From the NCBI RefSeq assembly GCF_009914755.1, contig NC_060930.1: a DNA stretch of 64,000 nucleotides, one strand, 5' to 3'. Source of the stretch: the human T2T-CHM13v2.0 reference genome, Homo sapiens. The notes beneath the pieces are model-generated. The model saw nothing but the letters and a program-made list of their open reading frames with translations. It searched no databases and was not told the origin of the DNA. Shown here one piece after another: positions 13,101-25,523 of this stretch (position 1 is its first letter; every line of letters begins with the position of its first letter). The translations under genes were made by a program, and so were the position numbers.

Positions 13101-13679
13101 TGCAGGGGAGCCAGGGATCACCTCTAACACCTCTTTAGCTCTTATGTGAACTCTTTGGCTGGATCTAGAAACCAGATTGACACCAGGCAGATTGAAGAGA
13201 GAAAAACAAGCAAATTTCATTAGTTTTTCATGTACATGAGGATCTTCGCAAAAGAGTAAATTTCAAGAAGTTACCAAAGGAAGATGCTTTTATACTTTTT
13301 AGACAAAGAACAATAAATTTGAGAAAAAAATAACAGGACAAAGGGGATCTGGCTAATAGTAATACATTTCTAGAGGACTCAGTGGGAGAAGTATGGGGGA
13401 AGGTCGAAAAGTAGTGGGATGATAAGAGTTACGTCATTAAGTGTCTCTATTCAGGTCTGTTGCAGCCCCCAATTCTCAGTCTCTGGTCATAAGGGCCATT
13501 TTCTCACCCTGACATGGGGAGGGTACCCCTCCCAGAGAAATCTTTACAGCTTGCTAAATGCAGGAAGAGACAAGTTAGCTTGCCCTTTCTGAAACTACAA
13601 TTTCTCCAATGTTTTCAACCTGAAATACTCAATATGCCCATCCAGCATATTTCAAAATGGCATGTCCTTCTCTCCTTCA
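13101..13679 (-). mobile_element. ERV1 MER4-group solo LTR (MER34/MER67-like)
   Basis: TG...CA ends; the reverse complement starts TGAAGGAGAGAAGGACATGCCATTTTGAAATATG; flanks are GCCT/GCCA. Confidence 0.65.
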
Positions 13680-14179
13680 GCCACTAACCATATGTGTCCC
13701 TACATATAATTCTAGATTTAGCCCGGAATGGTTTCCTCTTATAGAACCAAGTAGCCTTCCTCCCTGGCATGCTGGTTTTGCTAGTGATGCTACTCTTTAT
13801 TCTAAATTTGGCTAACTTGCTGGGTTTCACAGCCAGTCTCACTGTTCAACACTTTCCAGGGTCCTTTGTGGAGGCACAGCCGCTCTCTCTAGCTCTCTGG
13901 CACCACGTCCCTTTATAATGAGCACTTTAGACGTTTGGCCAACAATTCCCCAATTTCACCCTTGAGTTCCTTCACTACTCTCCAGCGAGCGCCATCTGGT
14001 CCCAGTGATTTATCTACATTTAGTTTGTCAATTAGGTATAAAATCACTTGCACATTTACTGCTATTTGAGTCAGTATCTCTGCCCTGTCAGTTCCAAAAG
14101 ACAGTCTGGAAGTGGAAATTTTATAGAATCATGAAACCTCAGAGCTACAAGCCTCCTTGGAGAGCTTTTTAGAGGCAAC

Positions 14180-14300
14180 TCCATCCATCCATTCATTCAG
14201 ATACTCATTTATTCAAGAAACAATTATTGAGTACCTACTATATGCCAGGCCAGGTGCTAGGAGATAGCAGTGGATGAGACAGACTCTAAAATTTCCCTCA
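14180..14300 (-). mobile_element. L2 3' end
   Basis: CATTCATTC...TTATTGAGTACCTACTATATGCCAGGC. Confidence 0.7.
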
Positions 14301-14712
14301 GTAGCTTTCTCAGCACCACACTGAGAGTTAGTGGCTGAGCTGAGGCAAGAACTGAGACCCTCTCTTCCTCTGCCATTCTCCCTCCCAGAATCATCCTCTA
14401 TAAAGAGAAGGGAGAGAGAGACCAGAAGGGAAAAAATGGAGATGGTTGAAGGGCAGATATGGGGAATGGAGGAAGGGGAACTGTGAAAATGAGAAGTGAG
14501 TATAAAGAGCTTAAAATAGGATCAAAGGGAATGGGAAGAGCCATAGTAAAGGAAAGAGAGAGAAGCAAAGAGGAGAGGAGAAATATGGTAATTCCTAATT
14601 GGGGTTAGGCCTGAAGAAAATAGCTGAGAAACAGGTGGCAGAGGTCTCTGACCTTTTTATCCTTTTTATGCTTTATTCCTTCTTATACTCCCCTGATTGG
14701 CAGGAAGGGAGG

Positions 14713-15135
14713 TGTCTTAGTCCACTCTTGCATTGCTATAAAGAATCACCTGAGATTGAGTAATTTATAAAGAAAAGAGGTTCAATTGGCTCATGGTTCT
14801 GCAGGCTGTACAGGATGCATGATGCTAGCATCTGCTCAGCTTCTGGGGAGGCCTCAGGAAACTTACAATCATGGTGGAAGACGAAGGAAGAGCAGGCAGG
14901 TGACATGGTTGGAGCAGCAAGAGACAAAGGGAAGGAGGAGGCGCTACACACTTTTAAACAACCAGGTCTGATGAGAACTCACTGTCATGAGAACGGCACC
15001 AAGAGGATGGTGCTAAGCCATTCATGAGAAATACACCCCTATGATCCAATCACCTCCGACTAGGCTTCACCTCCAACATTGAGGATTATAATTTGACATG
15101 AGATTTCGGCAGAGACACAGATCTAAACCATATCA
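14713..15135 (-). mobile_element. MSTA-like MaLR solo LTR
   Basis: TGTCTTAGTCC...AAACCATATCA with a perfect 5-bp TSD GGAGG (14708-14712 and 15136-15140). Confidence 0.9.
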
Positions 15136-16359
15136 GGAGGTGAAGGTGATATAGCCATCATTGGGGATCCAGCTTATTATTCTCTGAAAAATCATCATTT
15201 TCACTGAGAGAGACATTTACTGATCTGACAGATGCTTCTTTACAAAATCTCTGATCATCCAGTCTTCTCCCGAGGGGGCCTATAAGAACTGTGTGCCTCT
15301 GACAAGATGAAGAAAGAATTGATGGAAATTTCCTAGTCTTTATCATGCAGGCCCTGGCAGAAGGGAGGCAAGGATCTGGGAATAGGAAGAAGGCAGAAAA
15401 GGAAGGAGGTCAGGGGGAAGGGCACTTAAGTATCATGTAGGGAGATGCTGGGAATTACAAAGAAACAGCTGGCTCTGTTTTCTAGACTTCAGATCATCAT
15501 AGTGGGCTATTCCCCAAGCCCTTCCAGACAGCATTTCAATAAGAAGGAAAGAATTTTGTACCCTGGAGTAGTGCTGCAGGAGTCCACTGGCAAGGTGATG
15601 ATGATGTAGCTCAAGGCAGAAAGCAAGGATGCACAATGAAGGGGTGTATGGTGGGTTCTATTATCGTTTGAAATATTTGCTCCTTCCTCCCCCCACAACC
15701 CAGTGGAAAATGATACTCCCTTCAACTCCCATTGACAGGCTTGGTGATATGGCTTTTGGTGCTCCTCCCTGCAGAGGGATTAAAAATCTCCACTGTATTC
15801 AACTATGGGGTAGCCACGTGGCTTGTTTTAACCAGTAAATATGAGCCAGAGTCTTATGCGTTACTTCTGAGAAGAAGCTCTCAGAAGCAGCTATTGCTTT
15901 TTCACTTTTCTTTTCCCTTTGTTATGAGTTCAGTAATGTAGGCCTTCTCTGTCAGCCTGAATCCTGAGTGAAAACAGCATGGAACAAAGGTGCAAGTGGG
16001 TGGTGGTAAGTTTAGAAAACAGGGCAAAACATTTGTTTACAAGTCCCATAATTTTTCACACTGGACAAGAAACAGTGAGAAATAACCTGTGTTGTTGTAA
16101 GCCATTTATATTTTGGGACTGCTAGTTATCACAGCATAATGTAACCCATACTCACAGGTAAAGGGAGTCTGTGGGAGCTGGTGAGGCAGGCCATTATTGG
16201 TGTTAATGGCAAGTCAGAAAATGTCAAAGCCAAGAATTCAACTATACAAAGGGTTTTGTGCCAGGCAGGGATGAATAATGATGATGGGATGAAAGGATTT
16301 GGGTGTCTGAAGGACTGGGGCTAGAAATTATAATGAGAGATAGTAGGTCTTACCTGTTG

Positions 16360-16680
16360 ACAGGTTGAGCTCCAGAGCCAAATCCCTTTTCCTCCACTGC
16401 CTTGGAAAGTTACTCTGTACTTCAGTTTCCTCTTCTACAAAATGAGGGTAATAAAAGCAGCACCTAATTATAGCATTGTTGTTGGGACTAAATGAGTTAT
16501 TCACATGTAATGAGTTTCCCACAGTGTGTTTAGAACAGTTTTCAATTCACAGCAGATTCATGTTAGTTATCACTACAATTCTTCAACATTCCTATTTTGC
16601 AGATAATAAAACTGAGTCCCCCAAAGGGTTCAAGACTTGCTGGAACTTACATAGCTGTCTGGTAGCAGAGAAGTTTTATA
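16360..16680. mobile_element. MIR fragments in two orientations
   Basis: TTCAGTTTCCTCTTCTACAAAATGAGGGTAATAA, followed by CCTATTTTGCAGATAATAAAACTGAG. Confidence 0.7.
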
Positions 16681-18055
16681 ACAGCCAGCCAGAAAGTGGG
16701 CTGGTTCTGCACTCATGGGTGTGGATGACCCATGACAAGCATTTAATTTGCACTTAAGCCAAAACAGTTGTTAATAAACATTGATTGTAAAAGGGCTTCC
16801 AATTAAAATTTATTAATTACATCACCAGCTCAATTGTCATACAATTTATATACAATTACCCCAGAACAAATATTTAATTACTTTCCTCTTAATGCATTGA
16901 ACTGATATTGTTCCTCAGCTGTCAGATAGGAATATGAAAACATTTAATTGACATGGAGACATGAAATCAGAGAATTAATGAGACAACAGTCACATTGTCC
17001 TGTCTGTTGGTGTGACACAGCTCTGGGATAATGAGAAAGAAGGGAATTGTGTGAATCTTGTGTCTGCATCTTTCTTTCTATGATAGTGGAGGTTGGGAGG
17101 ATGACGAAAAAAAAAGTGAGATGTCCCTGAAGACAATGGTCCAGAGTCTCTGTGGAGATGGCTGAGGCTGTCATTGGTTGGATGTGCATTGCAGCTTAAC
17201 TTCTCCCTCCCCCAATCTTGTATTCTTCCTTCCCCAAAGATATTGATCTGAAGGCACTCCCAAATATAGATTCTGCACATTAAATTGCTTTGCATAGTCT
17301 GTTCCAGAAAACTCAATCTGCAACAAGAAGCCATTGGATTTTTCCCAGCTAAAAAGAGACATGATATGACTTGCATATTAACAGGCTGTGACTGAAGGGA
17401 GGCAAGAAGTGAAGCAGAGAGACTTGTTAGGAGATGATCTTTAGGAGTTTGTCTGAGTTTGAGATGCTCCACTCTGATGGGTGGAGGGAAGGTCACAGTT
17501 AGGACCTGGGAGGGGGAAGGCTCTGAGAGTCTGGCATGAAAGAGTCCAAAGGGCTGGGGGTGGGAGCTGCAGTTATTGCAGGCAGTGGTCTCTGCTTTGC
17601 CCTTTGCCTGAGATAGGTTCTGGGTTTTGTCTACAGGGTAGAAGCTATGTTCCTCCAGCACCCAGCAAACAGTTCTCCCACAGATTTGTCCCCTGAGACT
17701 GTCCCTTGTGTATTCTGGGGGCACTGAACCCCAGGGTGCCCAGAATCCATGGAATCCTTGTGGATTTGATTTGGAGAGGTGGCTATAAAATTTACATTAT
17801 GTAGATGGTTATTTCATAGACTGATGAAATCACTGTAATAGGTTAATAGTCTATAATATAAAACATATTACTTAAACCTGTCTGTTCAAGAAAAGCTAAA
17901 TTTGACTTTTAAAAGCAGACAGCAATAAACTCAGGCCTTGGGGAAAGGCATGGGGTCTTGGATACAAATCTTTTCTTGTCCTCAAGTCTTGTGACATAAG
18001 AGATTCTATTCCATATTGGCTCTGCAACTTACTAGCTATGTGACTTTAGACAAGC

Positions 18056-18447
18056 TGTCAGTCCATTTTATGCTGCTATAACAACACCACAGACTGGGTA
18101 ATTTAAAATGAACAGAAATTTATTTGGCTCATACTTCTGAAGGCTCGGAAGTCCATGAGCATAGCACTAGCATCTGGTGAGGGCCTCTGTGCTGAGTCTT
18201 CCCGTGGTGGGAGCCGAAGGGCAATAGAGGGTGGGAGCAAAAGGAGAAGGGGACCAAACATCTCCTTTCTAATCAGGAACACACTCCCTCTATAACTAAC
18301 ATACTCCCTTGATAGTAGCATTCATCTATTCATGAAGGTAAAGCCCTTATGACCTACTCACCTCTTAAAGTTCCCACCTTTCAACAGTTTTATTAGAGAT
18401 TAAGTTTCCAACACATGAACTTTGGAGGACACATTTAAACCATAGCA
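18056..18447 (-). mobile_element. MST/MLT1A-type MaLR LTR inserted in a MIR
   Basis: TGTCAGTCCATTTTATGCTGCTATAACA...AAACCATAGCA, with MIR core sequence on both sides (18010-18055 and 18448-18570). Confidence 0.8.
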
Positions 18448-18571
18448 TCAAGTTGTTTAATCTCTTTGAACCTCTTGCCTCTTCTGTAAGATGTAAATTG
18501 TTACACTAGTGGGTAGTCCACCTCACTGAGTTGTGAGTAACAAATAAGATACGGAGGTGGCCATGGTGCAT

Positions 18572-19223
18572 TGTTGGGGCTCAAAAAACAATACCCCAAA
18601 GTATGGCACTTTGGCATGCTAAATACTTTGAACTAAAGGAGACTGGAAGGTCTCAGAAGCAGCCTCAGAATCAAAGTTTCTCTCTGACCTTCTCCTACCC
18701 TCCTGTCTCTCGCCCCTCTCCCCCCAACCAGCCCCCGACGTAAGTCATAGAAACCAGAATTCCTCTTCTTCCAGATGGGTCATAGAAACTAGAACCCCTC
18801 TCCCACAAAGGAATTTGTAAAACCTAGAAAGGTTACTCTCTGCCTTCTTCCATTTCCCTTGAAGACCTTCATTCAAGAGGGGTCTTGCCCCATACCCAGG
18901 AGGAAGGAATGCTATTCAGAGAGATCAAGAAGAATCTGAACAGATAAGACTTGCTGGGTTTCCCAACTCCCCAGCCCATTACCATTAGATCATGCCTTTT
19001 GTCCAATCACATTTCTACACGGAAGCCATTCTTCATCTAAACTAAACATAAAATCAGACCATTTTCCTTGGATCTTCATTTCTGAAGGCTGCCATGTCAC
19101 ATAAAACTTTGATTAAATAATTGTGTTATGAATTTCTCTTGTTAACTTGTCTTTTGTTATAGGAGTGGCAGCTGTGATCCTTATGATGAGTGTGGATAGG
19201 CATCACACCTTTCTGCCCCTACA
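18572..19223 (+). mobile_element. MER39-like ERV1 solo LTR
   Basis: TGTTGGGGCTCAAAAAACAATACCCCAAAGTATGG...CCCCTACA with a perfect 4-bp TSD GCAT. Confidence 0.85.
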
Positions 19224-20517
19224 GCATAAGCTGTTAAATGACAGAGAAATGTGGCCTGAGTACTGTGGCTTCCTGATTCTTTCTGCGATAAGTGCTGCCA
19301 GGGTAAGAAGTAGGATTAGGGATAACTGAACCCTTCTATCAAGAAGACTTTCCCAGTCAGCTGTGAAAATTCTCCCTATTGAACCCTGAAGCTCTTGTTA
19401 TACATTTTTGTTAACAGAATTTTTTCAAATGAAAACTAACCCTGTGATTTGACTAGACTGAAAAACAAGAAAGGGAATGTTCTGATATTGGGTATCCATG
19501 ATGTGCCAAGAACTGTGCTGGGTGTTTTAAATATATCCTCTCAAATTCAGATAATATTCCTATATTTCTGTTAGAAAAATTTGTAAAAGACTTTGAAATG
19601 AAAATAAAATACTGCCAAGAGTGTAAATTCTAGTACAACCTTCCAGATTATCTGACTCTGTTGGGGCCTGTGCATTTCATTGACTTTGAGCTATTTCACA
19701 ACCCTGTAAGTCCTAGAAAAGTGATAGTAATGCAAATGATTCCCAGCCATAGAAATGCATGTGAAGTGTATCTCTTGGAGACACAGTTGATTATTGCCCA
19801 GTGGTTATTGATCAATTTTGCAAATATTTGTAAATTTATTTTAGCATTCCTGATTGCCCATATATGTATTTTCTTTGAATTATCCTTCAAGTAGTTGTCA
19901 CATCTCACTAGTTCCATTGTTAACAAGTAAGTTAAATAAAATATTTGACATGTAGGCACTTTATGTTTAAGAGTCATGATTTTACCTCTTAAAAATTATC
20001 TTTTAATGTTACATATCAGAAAATTGAGAGAAACTTTGCTGAAGGTCCCAGAGCTGGAGAGCTCAGAGCTGAGACTGGACGTTGGGTCTGCCTGGTTGTT
20101 TTCACTTTATGGAGCTGCTTCCATGTGTCATGTTGCACTGATTCACATGTGATCTTTTCTCTCTTGCTTTTTGTGTGTCCTAGAGCACTGAAGAGTTGGT
20201 CACTGGGCCTCCCATTCAAGATTAACTATTTTTTTCCAGGAATGAAGAAGCAGGGTCACACTGGGTTCTGGGCACTACAGTTCATGTGATGGACTGAGAA
20301 ATAAGCAATGAACTCAGGTAGTAGAGTCAAATGGGGAAGAGTGTGGGTGTCAGGATAGAAAAGAGAAGGGATGGAGAGGAGAAATGTCCAGAAATCCAAG
20401 CTAGGTTCCCCCATTACTGCTCTACCTTTATCATCACATTCTAGTCCCTGCGATATTCAGACCAGAATTCTCCCTGTAAATATAGTGTCAAGTGGTGATT
20501 AGAAAAATCCCTGTCTC

Positions 20518-21444
20518 AGTTATAATATCTCCTGTTTTGTTTCTAATTGAGCCTACCTGGATTTTCTCCTTTTCTTGGTTAATTTTTCTAATGGCCTATC
20601 AATTTTATTTATCTTTTCAAAGAACCAACTTTTTGTTTCATTTATCTTTTGTTAAATTTTTTGGTTCAGTTTCATTTAGTTCTGCTCTGATCATCGTTAT
20701 TTCCTTTCTTCTGCTGGGTTTGGGATTGGTTTGTTCTTGTTTCTCTAGATCCTTGAGTGTGACCTTAGATTGTCTGTTTGTGCTCTTTCAGACTTTTTGA
20801 TATAGGCGTTTAGGGCTATGAACTTTCCTCTTAGCATTGCCTTTGCTGTATCCCCCAGGTTTTGATAGGTTGAGTCACTATTGTTCTTCAGTTCAAAGAA
20901 TTTTTTAATTTCCATCTTGGTTTCATTTTTGACCCAATCATCATTCAGGAGCAGGTTATTTAATTTCCATGGTTTTGATGGATTCTTTTGGAGTTGATTT
21001 CCAGTTTTATTCCACTGTGGTCTGAGAGTGCTTGATATAATTTCAATTTTCTTAAATTTATTGAGGCTCGTTTTGTGGTCTATCATATGGTCTATCTTGG
21101 AGAAATTTCCATGAATTGATGAATGGAATTCTGTGGTTGTTGGGTAGGATGTTCTGTAAATATCTGTTAAGTTCATTTGTTCCAGGGTATAGTTTAAATC
21201 CATTGTTTCTTTGTTGACTTTCCGTCTTGATAACCTGTCTAGTGCTGTCAGTGGAGTACTGAAGTCCCCCACTATTGTTGTGTTGCTGTCTATCTCATTT
21301 CTTAGGTCTATTTGTAATTGTCTTATAAATTTGGGAGCTCCAGTGTTAGGTGCATATATGTTTAGGATTGTGGTATTTTCTTGTTGGACAAGGCCTTTTA
21401 TCATTATATAATGTCCCTCTGTCTCTTTTAACTGATGTTGCTTT
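20518..21444 (-). mobile_element. L1 (L1PB-like) inverted segment: ORF2 endonuclease region
   Basis: ORF 20745-21452 (-) carries L1 endonuclease motifs [28 protein letters not shown] and SKIDH, with frameshifts. Confidence 0.95.
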
Positions 21445-22327
21445 GTTCTCACTCATGTGGGAGCTAAGCTATGAGGATACAAAGGCATAAGAATGACGCT
21501 GTTAGAAACAAGAGCTTGGAGTTGCAAGGAAAATGAGGACTCAAAGGATTTCTCAGCAAGGCAAATTTACTTCTGCAGAAGGGTGCCGCTTGCACTTCTG
21601 GCTGCTGTGAGAGCACAATGAACAAAGGAGGGAGGAGGTTTTTATCCCTAATGCAGTTCTTGTTTCTGTGTTCCTTCCCCATTGACTGGGGTTGGACCGC
21701 ACAATCTAAGCTGATCCCGGTTGGCTAAGACTCAAACTTTTCCAAATAGGGTAAATGCAGGACTCACAAGGGAGGAAGAGGGGTAGGAGTGGTCCTTCTG
21801 CTACAGCACAAGACATTCCCAAACATGTCTGGGCAAGTCAGGGCACAACAAAGGCAGGAAGAGTAGTTTTGGTGGGAAGAGCTGTTTCAGCGGGAGGGGC
21901 AGTTTACAGAATGGGTAGCCAGGAGTAAAAGAGGACTTTTTCCAAATAAGGAAGAGATGTGAGTTACAGATTGGGACTGGCAGGAGTTGTTTACAGAGCA
22001 GGTAGCTTAGGAGAAGGGACAAGGAAATTCATCTCGAGAACAAAGAACAAAGAAGTCAGAAATTAAACCTTTGTAGAGAAACTTACTGTATCTGACAACA
22101 CAATGGACTTTGGGAACTCAGGGGGAAAGGAGTGGGAAAGGGGTAAGGGATAAAAGACTATAAACTGGGTGCAGTGTATACTGCTTTGGTGATGGGTGCA
22201 CCAAAATCTCACAAATCACCACTAAAGAACTTACTCATGTAACCAAACATCACCTGTTCTCCAATAACCTATGGATATAAAAAAAATTTTAACAAAAAGC
22301 CAAAAAAAAAAAAAAAAAAAAGGAAAA
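21445..22327 (+). mobile_element. L1PB-like 3' end with poly(A), interrupted by an LTR
   Basis: GTTCTCACTCATGTGGGAGCTAAGCTATGAGG... then poly(A). A 17-bp TSD AGAAAAATCCCTGTCTC at 20501-20517 and 22328-22344 brackets both L1 parts. Confidence 0.9.
21500..22097 (-). mobile_element. ERV1 solo LTR (LTR10-like) inside the L1 3' UTR
   Basis: TG...CA ends with 4-bp TSD ACGC/ACAC; the reverse complement starts TGTCAGATACAGTAAGTT; L1 sequence resumes at the insertion point. Confidence 0.75.
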
Positions 22328-23549
22328 AGAAAAATCCCTGTCTCCATTCTCGACCTTGAATTTAGTTCTTAAATTTCTCCTGAAAAGTCATCTCATTGAG
22401 TCCTTGTCCTGGTCCAACAACTGCTTCTTTGGATCAGGCCAGATGTGTGGATGAGCCTCCTAACTTCTGGTTTATCCAGATTCAGTTTCTCCATCAGGAT
22501 AGGATTACTACCAAGTTAATCCTCTTGAAAGAACATTTTGAACATAAATGACCCTCCCAGCCTTGTATTAGAAATGTTCAAAAAGTATTTGCTGAACAAA
22601 TGATAAAGGGCGTCCTTTCTTTCCTCATTCCTATCTTTATTCATCCAACTAGCAGTTTTATTAGATGCTTATCTTCTACCCTCCATGATAAAGTATAACA
22701 TGACTTCTAAGAGTGATCAGAAAGAGCTTTTCAGATTTGGATGAAAAGATCTTTCAAATAAATTACATTTAATAATATTACAGTCCCCACCCCTTTCCAT
22801 GCCTTGTCAATCTCCAAGCATCCATCACCTTGTAGGTCTATATTTGTCTTCTTTATGATCTGTCTCCTCCATGAAAAAGTAAGCCATCTGAAGGCAGGAA
22901 TTTATTTTTTGAGGCAGGGGCCGGGGTCGGGGGGGGGACCTGTTTTTCTTTTTGTCTCTCTTGTTACTTCCTGACCTGTAATAAATGACCAATAAAATAT
23001 TTGTTGAATAAATGAATAAATATGCTTCTGTCAGGATCCCAGATTGAGACTAGGCATTTTCACATATTATCTCACCATCATATCAGTTCAATGAAGTACA
23101 TTTAATTATTTCTGTTTTACAGATGAGAAAACCAGAAGACAGGTGCTGATTTACCTAAGCGTGACTCACCTGGAAAATGATGAAGCCTGAGTTCTGATAC
23201 AGGACTCCTCAGTCCCAGCCCTATTCACTCTGGTCAGGCAAGAGACACCCACAGGGACCAATCAGTCACACAGCAGGGCAGAGGGTGAGGGTCACTGAGA
23301 GCCACACCACCTGATGGAGTTGTCTTCAGTCAGGAGCAGGAAGGGGCTGCCTCTGGAGGAGAAGGGGCTGGAGCCCAGGAGGGAGTAGTCAGGACAAGAC
23401 AAGTTTAGAGCTGGAATCAGTGAGTGGGGTTAGGGCCTGTGAGGCCAGAGAAAGAGTGTACATGGAGAGAAGAAATAACAAGATTGGAAATTAGGGGTTG
23501 GTTTTTCATTCATTCAATCTTTCAGCATGTATTAAGTATGAACAGCAGA

Positions 23550-24810
23550 TGAGGAAAAAATAATTTTCTCTCTATATTTCATTAGTTCTTAGCTGGGATT
23601 GTAATTACCTGACAGATTTTTCCTGCCCACTGCAGACAAAACCAATTCACTGAGACTGTGCTGTTGCAGTAGAGAAAGATTTATTAATGCAAGCTAGCCA
23701 TGTGGTATATACATGGAGTTGTTACTCAAATCAGTCTCCACAAAGTCTCAGAGGTTAGGGGTTTTCAAACATAGTTTGGTGGGCAGGGGCCTAGGGAATG
23801 GGGAGAGCTGATTGGCTGGGGATAGCATCATAGGGGTATAGAAAATGGTCCTAGTGCACTGACTCAGCCCCTGGGTAGGGGCCACAGGACTAGTTGGGTC
23901 AGAGTTGCAAGTTGTGGTCTGGGTCCTGGTGCAGTCAGTTGGTAGTCAGAAATGCAAAAGTCTGAAAGACATCTTAAAAGGCCAATCTTAGGTTATACAA
24001 TAGTGATGTTATCTACAGGAGTAATTGGGGAAGTTACAAATCTTGTGACTGGAACTGGAATAACTAGTTATTGTTTAATTATGCCTACATCTTAGCAGAA
24101 TTCAGGCCCCTTTCATAATCCTAACCTTGTGGACTTTCACTAGTTTTACAAAGGCAGTTTAGTTTTGAGAAGGGCTATTAACATCCTTACTTTAAGGTTA
24201 AACTACAAATTAAATTCCTCCCAGAGTTAATTTGGCCTATGCCCAGGAATGACCAAGGACAGCTTGGAGGTTAGAAGCAAGATGGAGTCAACAATGTCAG
24301 ATTTCTCTTAGTGTCATAATTTTGCAAAGGTGGTTTCAGGGTCCCCTGTAACAAAAGACAGACTAACAAGAGAAAAGCAAACAGAAAATTCTTAACATGT
24401 ATACCTCATATATACATGAAAAATACCCAGAGAAAAGAGTAGATCTCAAGAGGTGGCTTAGAATTCAGGCTTAAATACTACTGTCCACTGAAACAAAGAG
24501 TGTGGGAAGGCTATGGGGAAATATCTAGGAAAAGAGCAGCAAACAAGAGTAAGGCTTGTTATGTAGATTTAAGTCAGTGATTTCTCCGTTAATAAGAGTT
24601 TCCTGTGATTTTGTCATCCTTTCTGGTACAGAGGAAGAAACATTCTTACAAATGAAGACATTCTTTATAAATGTAAATTTTCCTTACAAAAGGGTAATAT
24701 TTTTTTGAGAGCTTCTCTTGTGCTTGCTGTTTCCAAAAATAACCAGCTCAAAATAGTCCTATGCCTAAAAAGCATATTTTGGGGTGGCATATTCTGTTTG
24801 GTCTCCTATA
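23550..24810 (-). mobile_element. MER34-like ERV1 LTR, split by an LTR8-like LTR
   Basis: CCCCTGTAACAAAAGACAGACTAACAAGAGAAA and GCATATTTTGGGGTGGCATATTCTG; it sits within an L2 3' end. Confidence 0.65.
23600..24338 (-). mobile_element. LTR8-like ERV1 solo LTR
   Basis: The reverse complement starts TGAAACCACCTTTGCAAAATTATGAC; flanks are GGAT/GGGT. Confidence 0.8.
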
Positions 24811-25326
24811 CCACTATATTCCAGACACAATACCAGGCTCTGGGAATACAAATATGATTAAGCCACAACATATGCTTTCCAGGGATTTATAACCAAAAGA
24901 GGGAGAAACACATGTAGACCCAGAAGTAGTGGGAAATATTTTTAAGAGTTCAGTGTGGGCACAAAAATAAAAGCATTCAATTCAGTGTGTGTGTGTGGCG
25001 GGGTGAGGGGGTGGTGGTGGGGTGGGAGCATGTGGGTACAGAATGGCTGGGGGGTTGTGGTGCAGAAATGGTGTTATTGAAGAGTCCTGCCCTGCATTGA
25101 GTTTTGAGTGACTGATCCGTGTTTGCTGAGAGCTTAGGAGTGCAGGAGAGAACTCAAGGCAGAGAACAGCATAATTGCGGTAGAGAGGCATGAGATAGGC
25201 TGGTTACAAGATGAGGGGGCTAGATCTGTTTATTTATGCCACTTGGGGGTGCAGACAATGTGCACAAAGACCAGGCAGTAAGAGCTGGTAGCAGCCAGGT
25301 CATGCGAAGTCCTGCATGCTGAGCTA

Positions 25327-25523
25327 AGGGACTGGCAAACTTCATCTATAAAGGACCAGATGGCAACTATTTGAGGCTTTGAACTCTGCCATTGTATTCA
25401 AAAGCAGCTACAGACAATGTGTAAATAAATGGGTGTGGCTATGTTCCAGTAAAACTTTATTTAGACAAACAGCCTGCAGGCTGGTTTTAGCTCCCCACCC
25501 CCGCTGTCATTTGCCTACCCCTG
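25327..25523. mobile_element. MER58A-like DNA transposon within L2
   Basis: Terminal inverted repeats AGGGACTGGCAAA / TTTGCCTACCCCTG and internal GGGTGTGGCTATGTTCCAGTAAAACTTTATTT. Confidence 0.8.

Noticed and set aside
16990-17724. 244-aa minus-strand ORF
   Set aside because: It has a non-ATG start and no recognisable domain, and it overlaps decayed LTR sequence.
20745-21452. Possible domesticated L1 endonuclease gene
   Set aside because: It lacks the N-terminal part of the domain and drifts out of frame. It is an inverted L1 fragment.
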